From Verrucomicrobiia bacterium (GTDB lineage: Bacteria > Verrucomicrobiota > Verrucomicrobiia > Limisphaerales > UBA11358): a stretch of DNA of 64,000 bases. The stretch spans positions 14,884-78,883 of the forward strand of contig JANWKE010000082.1 in NCBI GenBank assembly GCA_025451535.1. The letters are read 5' to 3'. The position numbers and the translations under genes are program-made. The notes beneath the pieces are model-generated. The model saw only the letters and a list, made by a program, of their open reading frames with translations. It was not told where the DNA came from and ran no database searches. Position 1 is the stretch's first letter. Each line of letters starts with the position of its first letter. Below are positions 27,579 to 37,037 of the stretch, one piece after another.

Positions 27579-27959
27579 ATGAAAACGACACTCGAAAAGG
27601 AAGCTCATCGAAAGGCCGAGCACGCGCCGGCTGAGGAATTTATTTCTCCGGAAGTGAACATCTGCGAAACGAAGGACGGCTATGTGCTCGAAGCCGATAT
27701 GTCGGGCGTGAACAAGGACGGTCTGGAAATCACGCTGGAAAACAACGAGCTGACCATCATTGGCCGGCGCAACCGCGAAACGGTTTCCGGCGCGTTGCTC
27801 TTCCGTGAACGTTCCGCCGCGCATTTCCGTCGCGTTTTTGAACTCGATCCGGCGATTGACACCGGGCGCATCAATGCGAAGGTCAATCAAGGCGTGCTCA
27901 CGCTGACCCTGCCGAAGTCCGAGCAGGTCAAACCGCGGAAAATCGCGGTGGGCGATTAA
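27579..27959 (+). CDS. Hsp20/alpha-crystallin family protein (second copy, shorter)
   Basis: PEVNICETKDGYVLEADMSGVNKDGLEITLENNELTIIGRR...FRRVFEL...QGVLTLTLPK. Confidence 0.85.
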   Translation: MKTTLEKEAHRKAEHAPAEEFISPEVNICETKDGYVLEADMSGVNKDGLEITLENNELTIIGRRNRETVSGALLFRERSAAHFRRVFELDPAIDTGRINAKVNQGVLTLTLPKSEQVKPRKIAVGD

Positions 27960-28230
27960 GCCAATTGGCCATCCTGATGCGGCAAATCCCATGGCAACCG
28001 GGTCGTGGGATTCTTTGTCGGGAAAAGTAGAAAACGGCGGGCGCAGCGATCACACACGAGTTTACATCGCCAACACCCGCCGAAGCGCCCAGTTCTCATT
28101 GGGCAAGGGAAACCTAACCCATCGGTCGGTCTTGACAAGTGGTATTTTAAAAAAAATTGCCGCCATTTCAGCCTCGTTTTCCTGCCGTAAACAGCTTTAC
28201 ATCCGGCTGGATAGTTCGGAAAAATCAAAC

Positions 28231-31200
28231 ATGGCGAAGAAATGCTGGCTGCTTCAAGGCGCGGGGCGGTTGCTTTGCGTTTTCGCCCTTGTCCTTCCAG
28301 CCAGGGCGGGCACAGCGGCCCCGTCCAACTCGCCCTTCATCGTGGACACCTGGGGTACGGAGCAAGGACTTCCGGGAAGCGTGGTTATTTCCGTGGTTCA
28401 AACCCAGGACGGCTATCTCTGGCTGGGCACGCAACACGGTTTGGTACGTTTCGATGGAATCCGTCCCACCATCTTCGACGAGGCAAACACGCACGGTTTG
28501 ACCAACGACCAGATTGATTATCTGTTCCAGGACAGCCACACGAATCTCTGGATTGGAAGTGATTCGGGCAATGTGGCCATGGAAAAAGATGGCGGAATCA
28601 CAAACTTCACCGTTGGACGCAACGGGCATGACGGGCGACTGGTGTCGGCCTGTGAGGATGCCAAGGGAACGGTCTGGCTTTACACAGCTGACGCTCATCT
28701 GGCCCGCTATCTAAACGGGAAGATGGATGTTCTGGGTTTTAATTTCAAGACGCCGGCGGTTTGCCGGATGATTGCCGCGGAAAAATCCGGCCCGCTTTGG
28801 ATCGGCGAAGATTGGGTGGACCAGGGGCGAAATGTTTCGCTTTTATTTTCCTTTCGTCCTTCCAATTTCAATCCGCCGGCGTTCGCGATTGAACAATGGA
28901 ACCCGGCCCAGAGATTCAATTACATTCTGGCCGGCCAAAGTGGGGGAACCTGGCGCCTGATGGATGGTCACATCCAGAAATGGAGCCCGACCCGACTCGA
29001 AAAGGATTTTGGACCGTATCCGTGGACCAATCTGGTCGTCGATTCCGCCTGCGAAGACAAGGACGGTAACCTGATTGTCGGCACGCTCGGGGCAGGCGTT
29101 TTTTGGTACACCGCGGACGGAAAATACCAGCAGATTTCGGCAGGACAGGGATTGTCATCCGCGTATGTCCTTTGTTTATGTCTTGATCAGGAAGGAAATC
29201 TTTGGGTGGGCACCGACGGCGGGGGACTGGATCGGATTAAAAGAAAAATTTTTAACACACCGGACGGACTTCATCCCTGGAATGTACAATCGCTGTCTGA
29301 GGATGCGCATGGTGGTTTGTGGGTCGCCTTTGGTGCCCTGGGCGCGGCTTATTGGGACACAAATTCTGTGCAATATTTCCACGTCGGCCCGTTTCAAGAT
29401 GCCTGGACGGTGCTGGTGGATCATCAACAGCACATCGTGGCCGGAACACGGGATGAGGGGCTGTTTCAGTTTGATACCAATTCCTTTCAGCCTGTGCCCG
29501 GCGCGGAAAGTCTCGGTCTGCAAATTTCGGTTTTGTTTGAGGATCAGGAGGGGAAACTTTGGGTGGGAACACCCGGCGGTCTGGGATGTTGGAACGGACA
29601 AACCTGGAAGACTTACACGATCCGGGATGGCCTGTCGGGTAATGCCGTTTCTGCGATTACCGAAGATACCAACGGGAACCTTTGGATCGGGACCGAAGAT
29701 GGCGGCTTGAGTTCTTTCAAAAACGGCAGGTTTATTTCCTTCCAGGCATCGGAAAATGGCCTGCCCGGCAACGATGTCTCCTGCCTTTACCTGGACAAAG
29801 GCGGCAGTTTGTGGGTCGGCACCTCGGGTCACGGCCTGGCACGGTTTCATGAGGGGAAGTGGGCGTGTTATTCCAAACGCAACGGCCTCGTTAGCAACAG
29901 CATCAGTTACATCATCGAAGACGATGAAGGTGATTTATGGATTGGTTCCAATCTAGGGCTGATGCGAATTCCGGAAAACCTCCTGACCACTCCCTCCGGG
30001 GAAACGGTGAATTTATCTTCCTGTCGGATTTACGGAGAGGCTGATGGGTTGCCGACGCGCGAATGTTCCGGCGGTTCGCAGCCGGCCGCCTGCCGCACGG
30101 GTGATGGCCGATTGTGGTTTCCCACCACCAGGGGGCTGGCGTATGTGAATCCGGCGCAGATCAAACCCAACCAGCAACCGCCACTGGTCATGATCGAATC
30201 CGTGTTGGTGGACGGTCAGGAACAGAAAACCAACCGTTTCGACTCGGCCTGGCCGCAAGCCATTGTCATTCCGCCCGGCCGCGACCGGCTGGAAATTCAT
30301 TACACCGGCCTGAATTTTTCCGCGCCCAACGCCGTGCGGTTCAGATACCTTCTGGCCGGACATGAAACCGCCTGGACGGAGGCCGGCGACACACGCGTGG
30401 CATTTTACAATAAACTGCCGCCGGGCAATTATCAGTTCCAGGTCGAAGCCTGCAATGAAGACGGCATCTGGAACAAAACCGGCAGCGTGCTGGCCGTGAC
30501 CGTGCAGCCGCAATTCTGGCAGACTGGATGGTTTCGTACGGTCGTCGTCCTGGGGTTTCTGGGCATCGTCGCCGCCGTTGTGCGCTATCTCTCCACGCAA
30601 AAGTTGCAGCGCCAATTACTCGCGCTCAAGCAACAGGAGGCTCTGGAAAAAGAGCGCTCCCGGATCGCCCGCGACCTTCACGACCAGCTTGGCGCCAATC
30701 TCACCCAAGTGGCGCTCTTGGGTGAAATGGCGGAAGCTGACAAGCATAGTCCGGAGGAAATTTCATCTCACGCCCAGCAGATTTCCCAGACCGCGCGCGA
30801 GACCACGCACGCGCTCGACGAAATCGTCTGGGCGGTCAATCCCTCTAACGACACGCTGGACGGCCTGATCACCTACGCCTGCAAATACGCGCAGGAATAC
30901 CTCGCCGTGGCCGGGCTGCGCTACCGCGCCGAAGTGCCGCCGCTATTGCCGGCCGTTGTCATTCCACCGGAAGTCCGTCACAATGTTTTTCTGGCCTTCA
31001 AAGAAGCGATCAACAACGTCGCCAAACACGCCCAGGCCACGGAAACCCGTATCCGTTTGCATTTGCAGCCGGACCATTTCATTCTGGAAATTGAAGATGA
31101 CGGGCGTGGCATCGGCCAAGCGAATACGTCGGTGGCCCAGGGCAGAAATGGTCTGCGCAACATGCGGAAACGCATGGAAGATATTCACGGCGAATTTGCC

Positions 31201-31263
31201 ATTGTCGACGGAGTCAAAGGTGGAACGATTGTGCGTCTCGTGGCACCCATTAAAATGAAGTGA
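28231..31263 (+). CDS. Sensor histidine kinase with periplasmic two-component-regulator propeller repeats + Y_Y_Y-like domain, HisKA_3 and HATPase_c
   Basis: Signal peptide. Repeated G.LW.GT..GL units. TM WFRTVVVLGFLGIVAAVV. ARDLHDQLGANLT (H-box of the NarX/DesK type). NNVAKHA...DDGRGI...GLRNMRKRM. Confidence 0.85.
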   Translation: MAKKCWLLQGAGRLLCVFALVLPARAGTAAPSNSPFIVDTWGTEQGLPGSVVISVVQTQDGYLWLGTQHGLVRFDGIRPTIFDEANTHGLTNDQIDYLFQDSHTNLWIGSDSGNVAMEKDGGITNFTVGRNGHDGRLVSACEDAKGTVWLYTADAHLARYLNGKMDVLGFNFKTPAVCRMIAAEKSGPLWIGEDWVDQGRNVSLLFSFRPSNFNPPAFAIEQWNPAQRFNYILAGQSGGTWRLMDGHIQKWSPTRLEKDFGPYPWTNLVVDSACEDKDGNLIVGTLGAGVFWYTADGKYQQISAGQGLSSAYVLCLCLDQEGNLWVGTDGGGLDRIKRKIFNTPDGLHPWNVQSLSEDAHGGLWVAFGALGAAYWDTNSVQYFHVGPFQDAWTVLVDHQQHIVAGTRDEGLFQFDTNSFQPVPGAESLGLQISVLFEDQEGKLWVGTPGGLGCWNGQTWKTYTIRDGLSGNAVSAITEDTNGNLWIGTEDGGLSSFKNGRFISFQASENGLPGNDVSCLYLDKGGSLWVGTSGHGLARFHEGKWACYSKRNGLVSNSISYIIEDDEGDLWIGSNLGLMRIPENLLTTPSGETVNLSSCRIYGEADGLPTRECSGGSQPAACRTGDGRLWFPTTRGLAYVNPAQIKPNQQPPLVMIESVLVDGQEQKTNRFDSAWPQAIVIPPGRDRLEIHYTGLNFSAPNAVRFRYLLAGHETAWTEAGDTRVAFYNKLPPGNYQFQVEACNEDGIWNKTGSVLAVTVQPQFWQTGWFRTVVVLGFLGIVAAVVRYLSTQKLQRQLLALKQQEALEKERSRIARDLHDQLGANLTQVALLGEMAEADKHSPEEISSHAQQISQTARETTHALDEIVWAVNPSNDTLDGLITYACKYAQEYLAVAGLRYRAEVPPLLPAVVIPPEVRHNVFLAFKEAINNVAKHAQATETRIRLHLQPDHFILEIEDDGRGIGQANTSVAQGRNGLRNMRKRMEDIHGEFAIVDGVKGGTIVRLVAPIKMK

Positions 31264-31346
31264 AGAAGGCAGAATGAAGAAGGCAGAAAAATTTCCCGGC
31301 GGTTCGCTGCTTGTTTCTTCATTCTGCCTTCTTCATTCTGCCTTCA
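31261..31346 (+). promoter_or_regulatory. Intercistronic hairpin built from tandem 14-mers (2 x 7 nt) between the kinase and regulator genes
   Basis: Left arm (TGAAGAAGGCAGAA)x2 at 31261-31288 includes the kinase TGA. Right arm (TTCTTCATTCTGCC)x2+TTCA at 31315-31346 ends 4 nt before ATG 31351. There are two alternative 21-bp perfect pairing registers. Confidence 0.7.
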
Positions 31347-31350
31347 GGTA

Positions 31351-31983
31351 ATGCCCGTTTCCGTCTCCATCGTCGAAGACAACGACAAGCTGCGCGGCAC
31401 GCTGGCGCGAGTGATTAATCGCGCCGACGGCTTTCGCTGCATCAGCGATTACGCGAACGCCGAGGACGCGCTGAAGGATTTGCCGCAAGTGAAGCCTGAT
31501 GTGGTGCTGATGGACATCAACCTGCCCGGCATGAACGGCGTGGACTGCGTGCGGCAACTGAAGCAACTCCTGCCCCAGACCCAGGTGATGATGCTCACCG
31601 TCTATGAGGACACGGAAAATATTTTCAACGCGCTGACGGCCGGCGCCAACGGCTACATGCTCAAGCGCACCTCCAGCAAGGAACTGTTGGAAGCCATTCG
31701 CGAGGTGCATCGCGGCGGTTCGCCCATGACGATGCACATCGCGCGCAAAGTAGTGTCGTCTTTCCAAAAAACCGCGGCCACGGCGCAACCCACCGAAAAT
31801 CTTTCTGAACGCGAACAACAGGTGCTCGACCTGTTGAGTCAGGGACTGATGTACAAGGAAATTGCCGACAAACTCGCCATCAGCTACGAAACCGTCCATA
31901 CCTACATCCGCCGCATTTACGAGAAGTTGCAGGTCCGGACGCGGACCGAAGCGGTGGCGAAATTCCTGCGGAGGCAGGATTAA
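31351..31983 (+). CDS. NarL/FixJ-family response regulator (REC + LuxR-type HTH)
   Basis: VSIVEDND, VVLMDINLPGMNG, MLTVY, and LSEREQQVLDLLSQGLMYKEIADKLAISYETVHTYIRRIYEKL. Confidence 0.9.
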   Translation: MPVSVSIVEDNDKLRGTLARVINRADGFRCISDYANAEDALKDLPQVKPDVVLMDINLPGMNGVDCVRQLKQLLPQTQVMMLTVYEDTENIFNALTAGANGYMLKRTSSKELLEAIREVHRGGSPMTMHIARKVVSSFQKTAATAQPTENLSEREQQVLDLLSQGLMYKEIADKLAISYETVHTYIRRIYEKLQVRTRTEAVAKFLRRQD

Positions 31984-32231
31984 GTAATCCTTCCCACACT
32001 GCCAGTTTACTTGTTTAAAGTATGCATTTGAGAAGTGCATAATCCCGCTCCCTCATGTAACCAGAACTGGTGACTGGCGGGGGACGGTGGGTCGAGTAGA
32101 TTGGTCACGTCGTTGATGCAGAAATGCGGGTTATCGTGTGTGAAGTAAGGCGTGGTCCGCAGCGCCGCATCCGATGAAAGTTCGTGGTAGCGCGGCCATG
32201 AACGATGATTTAAGCGCTTAGTTCTCATTGG

Positions 32232-32263
32232 GAGGCCGGAGTAATCCGGCCTCTTTCTTTTTT
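32232..32263 (+). terminator. Rho-independent terminator with no annotated gene upstream
   Basis: Stem GAGGCCGG / CCGGCCTC, loop agtaat, then TTTCTTTTTT. Confidence 0.6.
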
Positions 32264-32647
32264 AACTTCGTTTACTCCCCCAATCCCACGGTGAAGACTG
32301 TAAAGAACAGGCCCTCAAGTTCAAATCAACATTGACAGAATCGAAGATGGAGAAAACCGACATGACCGCCGAGCAATGTACTGGCTGGTTTTGGTTTTGA
32401 ACGATTTAACCGGTTGTTCGCGCGACGATTGCTCTGTGGTGCGGATGCAGACAGAAAGGGCCCAGGCTGAAAGGATCGGTTCGATAGCCGCAAATGATAT
32501 TCACATTCACAAGGCAGCGGGAGTACTGCGTACTGCCAGCCATCGGCTCCACCCGACAAGTCGCCGCAATGGGCGGAACCATTTCAGAAACCGACCCGGC
32601 TGCCTTGTTTCTCGTTTGTTTCATTAGTATAACTGATTAATATAGAT

Positions 32648-32676
32648 TAATTTAATCATTTTTTGCTGCTTGTCAA
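32648..32676 (-). promoter_or_regulatory. Sigma70-like promoter candidate in an AT-rich patch
   Basis: On the minus strand, TTGACA (32676-32671), a 16-nt spacer, then TAAATT (32654-32649). It points into the structured region and small ORF at 32624-32406. Confidence 0.35.
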
Positions 32677-32969
32677 GGCTTTGCTGGTATGGCCAAAAAG
32701 TGTCTGCCCGGGAAATCAACTGTGTGGCTGATCGTCTGGTGCCGGCCCGGAAAGGCATGCAACGCCAACACCGATGTGTTTGTCTTGCAGCTTTTCATGG
32801 GGTTCTGGTCACCAAATTATCAGAAGCAGGACCGTCTCGACACCAACCCTTTAGGGAAGGTCGGCAGGGTCAAGAAGCTCTTTGATGTCGCCAACCCGCT
32901 ACGGCTTATTTATTTTGCCCGCGGGGGATTGGTTTAGCTGCAGCTAAACGATCGCCTGAACCGTCTCGA

Positions 32970-34559
32970 ATGGGAGAGAAACAGTTTTTGGGGAATCCCA
33001 TGCTGAATGACCTTGAAAAACTGCAACAATCGCCGCGCCACCTGCTCCGGTGGCAGAAGGCGCAGCAGGTATTGCTTAACGGCCGACCCGAGGCCGCCCT
33101 GGAGACCTACCGCGACCTGTTGAAACGATTTCCCGGCGTGGCAGGTTTGTGGTTCGAACTGGGGTTGGCGGCAGCCAAGCAATTGGATTTCGACCTGGCA
33201 GACCGGGCTTTTCAACGCACGTCCGAACTCGCGCCGAAAGACGCGTCCATGTTGATTCTGCTCGGCCAGCAATACCACCAATTACGGCGGCTGGACAAGG
33301 CGCACGCTTGTTTCGAACGTGCAGCCGCAGCGGACGTTTCCTCCATCCCGGCGCAGCTCAGCCTCGCCGATTGGTTCGAACGCGAACGCCGGCTGGACGA
33401 CGCGTGGGCCTGCGTGGAGTCCTGCGCGGCCCGGCATCCGCAAAATGCGGAAGTCCTGTGCGTCAAGGCACTGCTCCTGCACCGCCAGGGCCGGAACCCG
33501 GAAGCAGAAACGCTGCTGCGCGATTTACTCAAGACCGGCCCGCAGGATTTGAACGTGGCGTATGCCATCCGCCACCAGCTGGCCGTCGTGTTGGATGCAC
33601 TCGGACAATACGCCGAGGCCATGCAGCAATTGCACGAAGCCAAGGCCGCACTCCGCAAGACCACCGATGTTGCCAGGCTGGAACAGGACTACGACCGCGC
33701 CGACCAGCGACGGCGCGAATTGCTGGCCGCGCTGAAGCCGGAGACCATCCAACGCTGGCGGCGGGAAGGGACCGGCCCGCCCGCCCGCCCCCGGCTGGCG
33801 TTTTTGGGCGGACATCCGCGCAGTGGCACGACACTGCTGGAACAAATCCTCGGCGCGCACCCGGCCATCGCGGCATTCGACGAGCCGCCCGCGTTTGTGC
33901 ATGAAATCCTCGAAAAACTCGCTCCGCTGAATGCCACCGCTCCGTTGACGGTGAACGCGCTCGATGCCCTCACCACCACCCGGCGCGCCGATTACCGGCA
34001 ACGCTATCTGAAAAGCCTTTCCCGCGAAAACGCGAACCGGCCGGAAATGGAAGTGTTGTTGGACAAGAATCCGTCGCCCACGGCTGCCTTGCATCTGTGG
34101 CTGCGGATTTTTCCCGATTTGAAGGTGCTCATCGCCCTGCGCGACCCGCGCGATGTGATCGTCAGTTGTTTTTTTCAGAAACAGATGTTGAACGCGACGA
34201 ACGCAAACTTTTTGAGCCTGGAACGGACAGCCAAGCACTTCGCCGACCTTATGGACGTCTGGCTGCGGCTGCGGGAACTGGGCGGCTTCGACTGGCTGGA
34301 ATCGCGCTACGAGGACCTGGTAGACCATCTGGAACCCGAGGGACGCCGGGTCACGGAATTTCTGGGGTTATCCTGGCATGCGCGCCAGGCCAGTTATCAT
34401 GAGGATGCCCGTAAAAAATTTGTCTTTGCGCCGACCTACAACGAGGTCACCCGCCCGATCCATGCTCGGGCCGTCGGCCGCTGGCAACATTACGCCGAAG
34501 CCCTGGCGCCGATCGAACAACGACTGGCTCCGTATTGCCGCGCGCTCGGATATTTCTGA
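32970..34559 (+). CDS. TPR-repeat protein fused to a sulfotransferase domain
   Basis: N-terminal TPRs. LGGHPRSGTTLLEQILGAH (PAPS 5'-phosphosulfate-binding-like loop). ALRDPRDVIVS. Confidence 0.75.
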   Translation: MGEKQFLGNPMLNDLEKLQQSPRHLLRWQKAQQVLLNGRPEAALETYRDLLKRFPGVAGLWFELGLAAAKQLDFDLADRAFQRTSELAPKDASMLILLGQQYHQLRRLDKAHACFERAAAADVSSIPAQLSLADWFERERRLDDAWACVESCAARHPQNAEVLCVKALLLHRQGRNPEAETLLRDLLKTGPQDLNVAYAIRHQLAVVLDALGQYAEAMQQLHEAKAALRKTTDVARLEQDYDRADQRRRELLAALKPETIQRWRREGTGPPARPRLAFLGGHPRSGTTLLEQILGAHPAIAAFDEPPAFVHEILEKLAPLNATAPLTVNALDALTTTRRADYRQRYLKSLSRENANRPEMEVLLDKNPSPTAALHLWLRIFPDLKVLIALRDPRDVIVSCFFQKQMLNATNANFLSLERTAKHFADLMDVWLRLRELGGFDWLESRYEDLVDHLEPEGRRVTEFLGLSWHARQASYHEDARKKFVFAPTYNEVTRPIHARAVGRWQHYAEALAPIEQRLAPYCRALGYF

Positions 34560-34573
34560 CAAATTTTGATACT

Positions 34574-35329
34574 TTACCGGAGACCGCTGGCCGGCCCACG
34601 CTCCGGCTGGTCGAGGGCAGGACGGCGGAGTCTGGGAAAAATGAAGCCGGTGCGTTTCATGTATTCCCGGTATTCGGTGCTATGTTCGGAAAGCCGCACC
34701 TCCTCCAGGTGTGCGCGGTAAAGCAGCAAGGCAATATGAATCGAGACCAGTATAAAGTAGGCCGCCGAAAAGTTTACGAGCACGAGACCGGCCAACATGC
34801 AGAGATAGCCCAGGTAAATCGGATGGCGCACCCGTTGATACGGTCCATCCAGCACCACTTTCCGCACGACGACAAAAACCCCGAAGGAACGCCCCAAATA
34901 CAGAACCGCCCAGATTGCCACCGCCGGTCCCGCGAGACCGAGAAATAAGCCGATGGCGGTGAGCGGTGTTTGCCAGTCGGTTGAACAAAGACTCGTTCGC
35001 AACCATGCCGGAAACCAGGGAGTGGCGTTGTAGGTGAGGTTGAAAAACGACGTGGCCAGGGGAATGAGAATGTCTTTGCGGGTTTGCGGCGGCACCTCAG
35101 CGCGACGTCCCAGAAACAAGAGGAGGCCCACGAAAAAATTCAGCATCAAGGCTATGACGTGGCGGGCAGCTTCCAGAGCCACGGGGCCGGAGTTGCTGGC
35201 CGGTCCAAGCCAGATGAGCCAGAGTTTATGAAATTCAACCCAGGCAAAGTACAAATAGACGAGAGACAACACGTATCTCTCGGCATAAACCGCCGCCAAC
35301 GCGGCCCTGCGGTTGAGCGTCTTCATCAT
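34574..35329 (-). CDS. Isoprenylcysteine carboxyl methyltransferase (ICMT)/phospholipid methyltransferase-family membrane protein
   Basis: Multi-TM; GPYQRVRHPIYLGYLCMLAGLVLV. The internal ATG 35329 was chosen because the longer ORF overlaps tRNA-Tyr. Confidence 0.75.
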   Translation of the reverse strand: MMKTLNRRAALAAVYAERYVLSLVYLYFAWVEFHKLWLIWLGPASNSGPVALEAARHVIALMLNFFVGLLLFLGRRAEVPPQTRKDILIPLATSFFNLTYNATPWFPAWLRTSLCSTDWQTPLTAIGLFLGLAGPAVAIWAVLYLGRSFGVFVVVRKVVLDGPYQRVRHPIYLGYLCMLAGLVLVNFSAAYFILVSIHIALLLYRAHLEEVRLSEHSTEYREYMKRTGFIFPRLRRPALDQPERGPASGLR

Positions 35330-35478
35330 ATTATTGTGCTCTTTGAGAACCGGGGCACAATGGCTGGCTCGCCGAGCCGTAGCCCGGAGCGCGGGTGAAA
35401 GTGGTGCCTCTTTCCTGTCCGCCTTCACTTCGTTTCGACGCGACAGCCTTCGCTCTCCGCTGCGCTCTGAGCGAAGGC

Positions 35479-35564
35479 TGGTGGTAGGTGATGGATTCGA
35501 ACCATCGAAGGCGTGAGCCAGCAGATTTACAGTCTGCCCCCGTTGGCCACTTGGGTAACCTACC
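35479..35564 (-). tRNA. tRNA-Tyr, anticodon GTA (long variable arm, CCA encoded)
   Basis: Reverse complement GGTAGGTTACCCAAGTGGCCAACGGGGGCAGACTGTAAATCTGCTGGCTCACGCCTTCGATGGTTCGAATCCATCACCTACCACCA. The acceptor stem pairs. Anticodon loop CTGTAAA. Confidence 0.9.
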
Positions 35565-35613
35565 GACCTTCCCGAACGTGGGGAGCGCAGATTAAGCCAA
35601 AGCGTCGCCTCTG

Positions 35614-35678
35614 TCTCAAGTTCAAAGTTCACCCCCAGCCTGCCAACTTTGAACTTTGAACCGCGAACCCGGAACGTT
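35614..35678. repeat. Heptad-periodic inverted arms between tRNA-Tyr and ffh
   Basis: Left arm tctcaag ttcaaag ttcaccc. Right arm caacttt gaacttt gaaccgc gaacccg gaacgtt. About a 12-bp stem, AGTTCAAAGTTC / GAACTTTGAACT. Confidence 0.55.
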
Positions 35679-35690
35679 TAGACTGTCAAG

Positions 35691-37037
35691 ATGTTCGATT
35701 CGTTAAGCAGCAAGCTCCAGAACGCCTTCCGCAACCTGCGCGGGCTCGGGAAAATCTCCGAGGCCAACGTTGCTGATTCCCTGCGCGAAGTCCGCATGGC
35801 GTTGCTGGAGGCGGACGTGAATTTCAAGGTTGCCCGCGACTTCATCGAGCGCATCAAAACCAAGGCCATCGGCGCCGAAGTCGTCCAGAGCATCCAGCCC
35901 GGCCAGCAAATCATCAAAATCATCCATGACGAACTGGTGGATTTGCTTGGCGCGCAAAACGCCGGCCTGAATCTGAGCGCCAATCCGAGTTGTATCCTGA
36001 TGGTCGGCCTGCACGGTTCGGGCAAGACCACTTCCAGTGGCAAGCTGGCGCGGCTGCTCCAAAAGCAGGGCCGCCAACCTTTGCTCGTGGCGGCCGACGT
36101 TTACCGTCCGGCGGCCATGGACCAGTTGGATACGCTCGGCAAACAGCTTGAACTGCCGGTTTTCGTGAAACGCGGCGAGACCGACGTTTCGAGAATTGCC
36201 CGAGAAGCGCTGGACTTCGCAAAAACCAACAATCGCAACGTTTTGATTTTCGACACCGCCGGCCGGTTGCAGATTGACGAACCGTTGGTGCAGGAACTCG
36301 TCCGATTGCGCGACCTCGTCAAGCCGCAGGAAATCCTGCTCGTGCTCGATGCCGCCACCGGCCAGGAAGCTGTCAACGTTGCCGCGCATTTCGATCAGGC
36401 GCTGCAAATCACGGGTTCGATTCTCACCAGACTGGACGGTGACGCCCGCGGCGGCGCGGCGTTGAGTATGAAGGCCGTCACCGGCAAACCCATCAAATTC
36501 GCCGGTGTGGGTGAAAAGCTCGACGAGTTCGAGCCGTTTCATCCTGAGCGCATGGCGTCGCGGATTCTCGGCATGGGCGACGTCGTCAGCCTGGTCGAGA
36601 AGGCCGCCGAGGCCGTGGATTTGGAGGACGCCAGGCGCCTTGAAGAGAAGATGCGGAAAGGCCAGTTCACGCTGGAAGATTTCCTGGACCAATTGCGCCA
36701 GATGAAAAAGCTCGGCTCGCTCGAAAGCGTCGTCGGGATGCTCCCCGGCGGCGCGGAGATGTTGAAACAACAGGGCGATTTGTCGAAACAGGAAAAGGAA
36801 TTCCGGCGCATGGAAGCCATGATTTGCGGCATGACGTTGCAGGAGCGCAAGAACCCGGCGATCCTCAACGCCAAGCGCCGCATCCGTATTGCCAAGGGCA
36901 GCGGTGTGAGCGTGACGGAGCTGAACACGATGCTGAATAAATTCGGCCAGATGCAGCAGATGATGAAGAAGATGGGCAAGCTCCAGAAAATGATGGCCAA
37001 GATGGGTGGCGGTCTGCCAGGAATGCTGCGACGATGA
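35691..37037 (+). CDS. ffh: Signal recognition particle protein Ffh
   Basis: MFDSLSSKLQNAF, GLHGSGKTTSSGKLA, DTAGRL, LTRLDGDARGG, and an M-domain Met-rich tail. Confidence 0.95.
   Translation: MFDSLSSKLQNAFRNLRGLGKISEANVADSLREVRMALLEADVNFKVARDFIERIKTKAIGAEVVQSIQPGQQIIKIIHDELVDLLGAQNAGLNLSANPSCILMVGLHGSGKTTSSGKLARLLQKQGRQPLLVAADVYRPAAMDQLDTLGKQLELPVFVKRGETDVSRIAREALDFAKTNNRNVLIFDTAGRLQIDEPLVQELVRLRDLVKPQEILLVLDAATGQEAVNVAAHFDQALQITGSILTRLDGDARGGAALSMKAVTGKPIKFAGVGEKLDEFEPFHPERMASRILGMGDVVSLVEKAAEAVDLEDARRLEEKMRKGQFTLEDFLDQLRQMKKLGSLESVVGMLPGGAEMLKQQGDLSKQEKEFRRMEAMICGMTLQERKNPAILNAKRRIRIAKGSGVSVTELNTMLNKFGQMQQMMKKMGKLQKMMAKMGGGLPGMLRR

Noticed and set aside
32007-32228. 73-aa minus-strand ORF between the regulator gene and the orphan terminator
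   Set aside because: I found no motif and no upstream promoter or RBS. The region is more plausibly transcribed on the plus strand toward the terminator.
32440-32610. RNase P RNA or cobalamin riboswitch resemblance (CTCCACCCGACAAG, CAGAAACCGACCCGGCTGCC, GAAAGGGCCCAGGC)
   Set aside because: The universally conserved GAGGAAAGTCCGGGC and ACAGAACCCGGCTTA blocks are not matched. The spacing is less than half that of RNase P RNA. No B12 box is present. The region is kept only as an unclassified structured region.
35330-35632. N-terminal 101 codons of the 352-aa track ORF
   Set aside because: The extension runs through tRNA-Tyr and a hairpin. The methyltransferase-like protein starts convincingly at ATG 35329.
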